This document shows positions 51,953-61,623 of a stretch of DNA of 64,000 bases, piece by piece. Under the pieces are notes generated by a model. It made no database searches. It was not told the origin of the DNA and worked only from the letters and a program-made list of their open reading frames with translations. Made by a program: the position numbers and the translations under genes. The DNA comes from Blasia pusilla (taxonomy: Eukaryota): contig CM114271.1 of assembly GCA_050084515.1 (NCBI GenBank), forward strand, positions 31,868,001 to 31,932,000, written 5' to 3'. Within the stretch, counting starts at the first letter, position 1, and every line of letters starts with the position of its first letter.

Positions 51953-54900
51953 TATCATGACTTTCAGGATAGATCGACAAGATCTAGTAGAGCGCCTTCA
52001 GAGATATTGGAGGACAACCTTAGGAGGTCGAGGATGACCTATTGAGGCCACAAGTAACTCGAGAGAACAGGGTAAGTTTCCATTTAGAGTATAGTTGAAT
52101 TTCCACTTTGGGAAGTGGCCCTTGACCTGCTACAACACGTCAAGAGCCAAGGAGATGACCTGCGAGCAGAGGTTAACGAGGACATGGCTTGGGAGAGGGA
52201 AAGGAGTATACCTCCAATTGAGCTCATTCTCTCTTTGTTGAACCTCTTACCACGAGGCGGCGGAACTATAGTCCCTTGCCTTGTGAGTGTAACCAAAACC
52301 TCTCATTAGGAGAGTGGGTTTGGTTTGACATTTGAGAGAGACATGTGAGAGTGCACATATGTGAGAGCTATGGTGTCACGTCTTTTAGGATAGATCGGTA
52401 AGATCTAGTAGAGCGCCTTCGCGAGTAGTAGAGGACAAGGTCAAGAGGCCGAGGATGACGTGCTGAGGCTCCGGGAAACTTGAGAGAGCAGGTTTTCCTT
52501 TCGTTTCGGCTCATTTGGAGCCATATTGAGGAACTTACTATTTTAGGCAAGTACCATTTTAAGTATATGGTCAACTTTCTATTTTTTGGAAGTGGCCCTT
52601 GACCTCCTACATCAGGTCAAGAGCCAAGGAGGTGACTTGGGAGCATAGGTTACCATGGAGAGAGCTTGGGAGAAGGGAGGGGTATACCTCGAAGAGAGAG
52701 AGCTTGAGAGCCCATTCTTTCTTTGTTGAACCTCTTAGCATGAGGCGGTGGAGCTATGGTCTTGCTTGCCTTGTGTGTGTAACCCAAGCCTCTCATTAGG
52801 ATAGTGGGTTTGGTTTGACATTTAGAGAGACATGTGAGAGTGCACACATTTGAGAGCTATGGTGTTGAGAGAGATTGGATCTTGATTTATTCGAGATATT
52901 TTGGAACTGCTCGTCTCGTTGTTTGGATGCCATGAGTTAGCATGGGATCGTGCATGTTTGTGTGTGTGTTTGGTGACACCGATGAATGTTGTGTAGCGAT
53001 GTGTATGCGCACAACAATGGTGTTGTAAGGGAGATTTGATCTTATTTAACAAAGAGAGAATGAGAGGTTGAGAGAGCTTCAATGGAGAAGCTCGCCAGTT
53101 ACTCGCTATTGGTGCAGGTTGGGGATCGTGTTCCCCATTCAGCGGCTCATGGGAGTGCTCATCGAAGCAAGCGCTACTTGTTTTTTTGTTTTCCATTGCC
53201 AATTTTTTGTGTGGAAGAATGGCGTGCGGAAGCACTACCCAAATTTCTTTAGAGATGAAGTTTGGGGGCGGATTTCCCCATGCCAATGCTCTCGGGAGCA
53301 CCAAGTAGCTCAATAGTTTGTGAATTTTACATGTCTGAAGTTTTGTGTGGAAGAAATTAGCACGGAAGCGCTGCCGATTTTGTCCTAGGAGTGCAAATTT
53401 GAAGACTGCATGACACTTCTCGTCAGTTTTTGTGGGAAAGTTGAATGAAAAAAATTAGACAACATCATAGATCTCAAAGTTGTGCACGTTGTGGAAGAAA
53501 TGGTGCGCAATTCTAAGCTGCGAGCAAAAATTTATGGTTGATCTTGCAAAATTGCCATTGCTAGGCAATTTTTAGGGTTAAATTGTTCAAACCCTAAACC
53601 AACCTCCGCGTGGGCGCCGGCGGCGTCTGTCACCATCACCATCATCGTCAACGCTCCGCAGTCAATCGTCAACCGTCACTATCAAATATCCTCCGTCAAC
53701 GGTGCACCGTCACCGTCACCGATCCACCGCCGCCATCATCGTAGTTTCGTCATCAACCAGTGATGGTAGATGACCTCAAGTTGACGGTTTTTTGAGTTTT
53801 CATTTCATTCTGCTATATTGTGATTGGTAGTCGCTCGACAATGATCGAGTACCATGCCGTGACGCCCGTAGCCGCAATACGCCGCTCGTGGCCACACTGC
53901 ACTGTCTCGATCGCGGCCGCTCCTTCACTTAGGTGTAGAGCGTGTGTATTGCTAATTGAGGAGGATATGATGCGGAGTGCCGCATCCCATTGTCGAGTGT
54001 CATGCTGTTTTGTAGCCATTCGGTGCCGCCAGCACCGCACCGTGCCACTGGATCCGCACCGCATAATGAGGAGATTTGAGCATCGTCAATAGCATAGGGG
54101 TACGACTTACTGATTGGAGGATTTTGTTGTCCCGACTGAGTTGGGGTCAAGGTTTGCAGTTGCTAAGGAGCAATCGACATTTGTTCAGGTTACCAATTCT
54201 GGTCTTTTTCCTATACGTGTCAGGGAATTCCGGGTATTGGGTAGTTATTTGGGATATTGGGTTTCATGCAGATGCTAAGAACATCGTTGATGCATGGGTT
54301 TAGGGCACATAGACCTGTGTGGGGTGTCCAGAGTTGAGGGTATGTGCTCTTCATGAGATGATAGGATAGTAGTTGATTTGTCGCACCACGCCGTTTGTTG
54401 CCGCACAACAAACTTCTCAGTGAGAGAGACCGTAGATTGAGTGCCGCATGTTATATTGCACCATAGCAACCACCAACACTTGCGCCGGAGAGTCCTTCAA
54501 TAATCATGATGGAGACTTGCGAGCCAGATATGGGCCCTAAGTTGACAGGAGGAGAGCGGCGCCGGATACATCAGTTCCTCAGGAGTTATAGGAATTATTT
54601 TGTATTTAGCATGAATGATTTGGGTACATTGAAGGATCCAACCATCCACATTGAGTTGTCGAGCGACACGCCGATCTTCTGATGACCCTACAGGTACAGT
54701 GACATGGAGAGGGCTCTGATTCAGAGTAGGAGCCAAGACTTGGTTGGAGTAGGACTAGTGGAGATGTCACATGGAGAGTATGCATCTGCCACTATCATGC
54801 CCGCCAAGAAGGATATGCATGGCAACTGGATAGATAGGCGGATGTGTGGAGATTATTGACCTATCAATCAGCAGACGAAGTCCGATAGGTATGTTATGCC

Positions 54901-56871
54901 CATCCGTGAGGAGATCTTTGATACTATTGGGTATGCAAAGGTCTTCACTTTGCTAGATCTTTGAGTTGGATACCATCAAGTGCCTATTAGATTGGAGGAC
55001 ATGTAGAAGACGGCATTTTGGGGCATCGATCCTCACGGGAAGGATTATTTGTACCAGTGGCGGTTCTTACCATTTGTGTTAAAGAATGCCCCGGATGAGT
55101 TTCACAGGGTTATGGTTAGGATCTTGACAGGTCTAGATTTTGCTAGGTGTTATATTAATGACATCGTAGTCTTTAGTGCCACGGTTGAGGAGCATGAGCA
55201 ACATCTAGAGGATGTATTTTGACGATTGCAATTACATGGGCTCAAGCTACATCCAGGCAAGTGAAAGTTCTTCTATGACTAGATTGAGTACTTGGGTCAT
55301 ATGATATATCTAGGTGGCCTTGGTGTGCAGTAGACAAAGGTGGAGGCTATTTTACACATTCCACGCCCTAAAAATGTGAGTCGAGTTTGTGCATTCATGG
55401 GATTTGCAAACTTTTATCGACAGTACATCAAGGGTTTCAATTCGATTGCAAAGCACCAAGATGGATCAGGAGTGGCACTGGGGGGATGAGCAGAAGATAG
55501 CATTTCAGCTGCTCAAGGACAGATTGATGTCCACGCCTATATTGAGGTGATCGATAGGGGGCGTCCTTTCCAATTATATACGGATTGGAGCATGTTGGGG
55601 CTTGGAGCCGTGCTCACCCAGCATGACGATGATGATAGAGAGTTCGTGGTGGCTTACACTAATCGCCCGAAAAACGTTGTAGAGGCAAAGTATAGGTCGT
55701 ATGAGGGTGAGTGCTTGGCTATAGTGTGGGCTGTCGCACATTTCAAGTGTTATCTATTTGGCAACCTCTTTACCATTATTACTGATCATCAGCCACTTAA
55801 ATGGTTGTGGAGTCCGACAAGCTTACAGGGAAGCTTGCCATGTGGGCTCTGTTGTTGCACGAGTATGATTTACAGGTGGTGCATAGACCTGGGATGATTA
55901 GCCATGATGCATATGGTTTGAGCCGTTATCCATGCCCGAATCAGCGATATGTGACTGGAGCTCGTTGGCATGGTGAGAGTGATGAGGAGTTGATGTCAGG
56001 ATGGCACGCGTCAGCCTAGTTGGGCTTGTTGGCTATGGAGAGCCAGATTGATGAGACTTCGATGGCGAAGTCTGATGGAGAGTCCTTAGATCCAGAGGCC
56101 GGAGAGGAGACGATAGATGGCCGAGATATTCATGACGATGGAGTAGTTTTGGAATACTTTTGTATTGGTAGGGTTGCGAGCACAGTGGGCGCTAGAGTGC
56201 GGGATGGAATCCTACCGCAAGCCAGATGGTTCCGGTGGGAGGGGACACATGTGTTGCAAACTTGGGAGGATGATACAGTACATGTAATGCCTCATCCTTC
56301 AGAGAGAGCGCGTTTGGTGCGTCATGCCTACGAGGAGTTAGATCACTTTGGAGTGAACCGGACGTACGTCTTGCTCCACATACAATATTGGTGGCGAGGC
56401 ATGCAGACTGACGTTCAGTAGTTTGTTGCCAGGTGTATGGTTTGTGATCGGGTCTAGGCATCGTTCAATGCTCCAACTCCACAGTTGCATCCACTTTCGA
56501 TCATGAGTTTAGGTTATAGATGAAGTTTGGATTTTGCAGAACCTTGACCTTTGACAGAGTGCCATAGTTGTTATGTGTTCGTGATGGTCGAGCACTTCTT
56601 GAAGTGGATAGAGTTGGTTGCATTGACTGACAAAGAAAATGAGGGAGTAGCGTATGCATTCCTAGATTGAGTGTTGGGTCATTACGGCACACCAGCTGAG
56701 GTGTTGACAGACTGGGGTATAGAGTTTGGGTACATAGTTCCAGGCCCTATATGATGAGGAGCTGATCGACCACCTTACCACTTCGTGAGATCATCCTGAG
56801 GAAGATGGACTAGCGGAGAGGATTGCGGAGACGGTGAAGAGAGGATTACCCAAGTATGGCTTGTAGAGAGG
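51953..56871 (+). mobile_element. Gypsy element of the same family as 23431-36704, with gag-protease-MTase deleted; interrupted at 52374 and 56872
   Basis: A1 (TATCATG start) joins directly to the internal leader 53050-54455, which is homologous to 23980-25445. It then jumps to sequence homologous to 28048 onward (RT, RNase H, integrase up to TVKRGL). Confidence 0.88.
52374..53016 (+). mobile_element. Solo A-B terminal unit (solo-LTR equivalent), 643 bp
   Basis: TGTCACG...GCGCACAACA, colinear with 35990-36704. Flanked by a 4-bp TSD ATGG (52370-52373 / 53017-53020). Confidence 0.9.
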
Positions 56872-58412
56872 TGTCATGACCATACGGATTATGTCGTAGA
56901 GTATAGTGTGCTAGTAGAGGCCATACCATATGTAGGGCTGCAGTATCTAGGTAGAGATGCGATTTCATACATAGGGTTGGGGGTTACTCAATTGAGGGTG
57001 ACTTTTCCACTAGGGCCCGCTCTTAGGTTGGAGGATATAAGGTGGAGTGCACTCAAAGAACAGTTAGTTCTTTGAGTTGAGCCTATTGCGTTGGGAGTTA
57101 GCCTTGGTAGTGAGTAGAGCTCTTGGCTATTGTGTTTCCCACAAGCTTTGACCTAGATTCTCCCATCGTGGAGTGGGTTTGGCTCGATTGTATGTGATTC
57201 TATACATGTTTTATGACAGTAGGTCTTCGAGGCAACTTGTGGTAGCTCGGGGCGAGTGGGCGTGAGAGGCGGAGTAAGGAGCAAGGAGCAAGCAAGCAAG
57301 CTTGCTTGCTTGAGCGTGAGGCAGTTTTTGCAGGATTTGTGATTTGAGTGTTGCATAACTGGTCACCCATCTTTGGGCTATTCTGCCTGAAAGACGCTTA
57401 ACTGCTGAGTTCTTAACTATGTTAGTGTACACACTGGTGTAGCTCATTTGGTGCTGTTCGGAGATGTGTTAGGCACTTTATGCATCTCAGGTTTTTGGTT
57501 GATGTACCTCTAGCACATAGTACGGTGTAGCCTCTCCATGCAAGTGATACTTTTAGGTGCTGCGAGTCCGACTAGCACGTCATAGACCCGCGGCGCAGTA
57601 GCTATTACGTTAGAATTGTGTGGTGGGTTCTGTGGATTCAGGGGGCGCCACGTTTGGTGGATTGTGTTACCTTGATTTCCATTTGCGATTGGAGGGTTGT
57701 TCGTTGGACTTCCTGTGTTTGGATCTCCTCCATCGTTGCTTCTTGCTTGCACGCCCATTGTTAGAGACTCCAACTCAATGGTTGGAGTCCTCCCATTGAG
57801 TTGGAGGACTTCATGCAGGAGTTTGATACGTGGTGTGATATGCAGATGTCGCGGAACGCCACGTTGTTTACACCCTTCTTGGCTTGGAAGGGGTTGTTTC
57901 AGCACTTGGAGGGACCACCCATGGATGATTACCATGAGTTTAGGAAGGACCATGTTGCTGAGATTGAGGTGTGGAGACAATATTGGTCTCCAGGCTATGT
58001 GTCTATCACCCATGGTGGTATTGGTAGTAGTGCTCCTACTATGCCAGCCAGCCCGACGTTGAGTGGTACGAGTACGAGCCGGAGTGGGGGTACTAGTGGA
58101 GGTACCCATGGAGGTACCAGTGGAGATACCTATGGAGGTACCAGTGGGGGTACTAGTGCCCCACCATCGTTCAACCCGGTTGCAGAGTTCTTCAAGAGGT
58201 TGAAGAAGAACTATCAGGGAGTGAAGACAGAGAAGTTGAGGAGTCTTCAAGAATTTGAGCGAAAGATTGGTGAGAGTCTTCGTGAGGCATACACTTGTAT
58301 GCGACGCTTGATTTCAGTTACCCAGGGTGTGATTGAGGCTTAGGCAGTCCAATTTTGGTATGGGATGTTGGACAGAGAGTTGCGCCGTAGGGTACGTGAT
58401 GCTACTCTTATG

Positions 58413-58812
58413 GTAAATGGTAAATGGTAAATAGATCAAGCCCGTGGGACCCAAAGGGTCAAAAGGCTGAAAAACAAATTACAAGTCATTCATTCACTGA
58501 CCCTGAAAAAGATCCTTAAGACCTTCTCCTAGCTACAGCCTAGAGCACTTGAGCGATGAATGATGACGTCCCTAAGATAACAACATAAATCATAAGGCAC
58601 TAGTTGTAGTAAAGAATAGAAATTCTCCACATCTATTTTATGAGCTAGTCTAATTTCTTCATACCTCGGACATGTAACAAACACATGCTCTTCATCTTCA
58701 ATATTTTCTCCGGCACATAACCTACAAATTCGTTCACTTCTATCAATTTTAAACCATAGTCCTTCCTCAATTCCTAGCCTATGTGACCCAGCTCTATGAG
58801 GTGCGATAATAT
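58413..58812 (-). mobile_element. 5'-truncated 400-bp copy of the LINE inserted in gag
   Basis: Near identical to 29861-30258, including the (ATTTACC)n tail. TATG is duplicated at 58409-58412 / 58812-58815. Removing the insert restores gag ...RRVRDATL-M-SDDSPTL. Confidence 0.93.
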
Positions 58813-59808
58813 ATGAGTGATGATTCACCCACATTGACCCATGTGTTTGCTCTATCTGAGAAGATTGAGCTTAATATGGTGAAGGAGAGAGTGGTGACAT
58901 CCGCATTCAGTTTGGATACAACTACTACTTCTCGTGTTCAGCAGCCCACCTCACAGTCTTGTAGTAGTGGTGGTGGTAGTAGTAGTGGAAGTCGTGGGGG
59001 GTACACACGACCTCAGTCAGTCCTAGAGGGACACTTGCGCAGAGACCATTGCCTTCATTTGCTTCCCCGCAGCAAGGACAGTCAAGTTGGACATGTGGAG
59101 GTGATCATGTTAGGAAGTTTTGTCCCCAAGAGGATGGGAGACGGACTTTGGAGGATGGGCCTCAGTCGGCCCCAACTCAGTGTGATCATTGCGGGAGACT
59201 AGGTCATCTTCGAGAGCTTTGATCTTCATCCAGAGTTGAGATCAGGCCGCGGCCGTGTTGGAGTAGCTCCGAGAGGCCGAGGCGGTAGGGGTGGTAGAGG
59301 TGGACCAATGGTTGGAGAGCCTATGGTGGCTACCCCTACCACTCTGACAGTCGACTATGGTCGCTAGGATTGAGCTTGATTGGAGCGAAGTTGGCTACTA
59401 TGGTTGGTATCCAAAGATAGATCGAGTTCGAGAGAGCAGGGGCTTCCACCTCTTATGGAGGGATGATCTCTCTTATATGGCGAGTGCAAAGATGAGGTTG
59501 AGGCATCGGCTGCGATTCTGAGAGGAGCCACTCGGCGTCGAGCCACGTGGTGCTCTTGTGGAGTTGGACCCTGAGGGGTGAGGCGGGAGGCGGGCTAGGC
59601 TTCCCAGTCATTCTTGTTATGCGAGGTGCTTAGGCCTCCATCCATGGTTCCCACGCAACCTATTGAGCCGACATCGGGGAGGCATCTACATCGCGTGTAG
59701 TAGACACAGATCTGACATCGAGGCTTGATGTGCGGATGGCAACTTCAGTGTTGGGATCCCCATTGTTTTCGGCCACGGAGCTGATGGCTTTAGGAGTTGA
59801 TTTAGCTC

Positions 59809-61623
59809 GTGTATTTCAGCAAGCAGCCACATTGTGTGAACATGGGGGTGTTACTGCTACACGCTGAGGTGGATGAGGGTGTTGCGGTGGAGCAACCCTC
59901 TATGTCAGGTGTAGCATTGAGTACCAGTGCTACTTGGCAGGCAGAAGCGGAGAAGATGGATGCATTACCAGCCCGACCAGCCATTGATGGTGAGAGGCTT
60001 ACACCTTGTGCATATATGTTGGACAATCGGAGTGGGATATTCCGATTGGTGAGTCCTACAGGACAGGTGTATAGACCAGATAGAGTCTTGTTAGACTCTG
60101 GTGCCCAACCTTTGATGTTGGGAATGGCGGCATGTATTGGTTTGGGTATTCGGAGGTTAGAGCTTGAGCCTTGCCCATTCCAGATTCAAACATCACTTGG
60201 AGGAGCCAATGATAGGTCTCAATTCATGACAAGAGAGAATTTTTGTGTACAGTTGAGACTAGATCATGCGACTGATAGCTTTCGGTTGGGAGTATCTGCG
60301 GTAGTCACATTAGTCAAGTCGTATGATGTTCTAGTTGGAGGAGCAGTATTGTACCCAATGGGTTTTCAGATGGATTACTGGACTGAGACAGTGTCTTATA
60401 GACCTGGTTGGAAGTTTGGGGATGGACGTATGAGCCAAGTTCCTGTGAGATTTATTTATGGGGCTCGACCAGGAGGGTCTTCCCCAACAGTGTTAGCATC
60501 TGTGGCTGGTTTTAGTGGAGTAGTCACTTGGCGAGGAGACTTTTTGGAGGGTAATGTTTCTACTATGGATTCTCCTGTGCATGAGGAGGTCCCTATTTTT
60601 GCAGCAGTGGCATCCTCATCGTTGGATGTGCCACTTTGGAGTTCAGGCGGTGCACTATGGCAGGAGGCTGATCGCCTAGTGCAGGAGGCTTGGTGTGAGG
60701 TTGTTATACCTCACGAGGAAGAGGAGGCCCCACGACGGACTCCTACTTCTGGTCCAGTTGGGTTATCCCCTTTGGATACTACACTCATTGTATGGCAGTA
60801 TCCGCCGGAGGGCATTTGTGTGTTAGATCTCTTTGGTGGGATTAGCACTGGTTTGGCTGCAGTGTTGCAGGCCGGTATTCCTGTGCGGAGATACGTGTAT
60901 GTGGAGCGAGATGAGACGGCCCAGAGAGTCTCATCCCGACATATTGGTCAGTTGATGCGGAGATATCCTGAGTTTTTGCCGCCATCAGCTATTCGTGGGT
61001 ACCAGCGTGCTTTGCCGTCACACATTGCATTGTTGGGGGCGCCGGACCTTGAGAGGGTTGGTCTTGTGGATTTGGTGATTGATGGATGGCCATGTCACGG
61101 TCATATACGTGCTGGTCGTTGTGAGGGATTACACGACCCTAGGTCTCGATTGTTTTGGGAGATGTTACGGGTGTTACGACATCTTCAGGTTCATCAGGCA
61201 CGTGCTCTAGCTTACATTCTGGAGAAAGTTCCATTGTTGGGTGACACTCGGACCCGGATAATGACGAGTGTTCATGAGGTGCGGTCTTGGATTGGACCGG
61301 TGGTATTGTTGGATGCAGCGCAAGTTGGCTCTCGTGCACATCGTCCACGCTTGTGGTGGACAAACTTGTTGCCTAGGGAGGTTCTACGTCGAGCATATGA
61401 TGCAGTGCAGCGGGATCCTTGCCTTACAGTGGATAGTATCTTGGATATTGGGCGACTTTCTGAGGTGGTGAGGGTTATTGATCGGTCACCCATGGCAGTG
61501 GTGAACCGTGTGGGCCAGCCTAGGATGGCACTACCCACATTTGTGAGTTTTCCCTCGTCACATGCATACAGGGAAGGTGGTCCCGGGATTCCATTTCTGA
61601 GGCTTCACGACGTCATGTGTTGA
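59809..61623 (+). CDS. Gypsy pol segment: aspartic protease fused in frame to a DNMT3-like cytosine methyltransferase (C-terminal motif IX deleted)
   Basis: One open frame carries RVLLDSGAQP...SYDVLVG, then ICVLDLFGGISTG (60814), YVYVERD, DLVIDGWPCHG (CCATGT at 61090), RLFWEMLRVL, YILEKV and AHRPRLWWTNL. Motif X (RHVLSQAMD) follows out of frame at ~61611-61640. The start is not a true initiation codon because this is part of a broken polyprotein. Confidence 0.9.
   Translation: MYFSKQPHCVNMGVLLLHAEVDEGVAVEQPSMSGVALSTSATWQAEAEKMDALPARPAIDGERLTPCAYMLDNRSGIFRLVSPTGQVYRPDRVLLDSGAQPLMLGMAACIGLGIRRLELEPCPFQIQTSLGGANDRSQFMTRENFCVQLRLDHATDSFRLGVSAVVTLVKSYDVLVGGAVLYPMGFQMDYWTETVSYRPGWKFGDGRMSQVPVRFIYGARPGGSSPTVLASVAGFSGVVTWRGDFLEGNVSTMDSPVHEEVPIFAAVASSSLDVPLWSSGGALWQEADRLVQEAWCEVVIPHEEEEAPRRTPTSGPVGLSPLDTTLIVWQYPPEGICVLDLFGGISTGLAAVLQAGIPVRRYVYVERDETAQRVSSRHIGQLMRRYPEFLPPSAIRGYQRALPSHIALLGAPDLERVGLVDLVIDGWPCHGHIRAGRCEGLHDPRSRLFWEMLRVLRHLQVHQARALAYILEKVPLLGDTRTRIMTSVHEVRSWIGPVVLLDAAQVGSRAHRPRLWWTNLLPREVLRRAYDAVQRDPCLTVDSILDIGRLSEVVRVIDRSPMAVVNRVGQPRMALPTFVSFPSSHAYREGGPGIPFLRLHDVMC

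Noticed and set aside
57510-58250. 246-aa minus-strand ORF (also 26409-27158) as independent genes
   Set aside because: They are antisense shadows of gag and pol with no recognisable motifs.
59809-61623. Host DNMT3/DRM gene or bacterial restriction-modification methyltransferase
   Set aside because: It is intronless, in frame with a retroviral-type protease, embedded between gag and RT in several element copies, and has no neighbouring nuclease. Motif order is linear (I to X), not permuted as in DRM.
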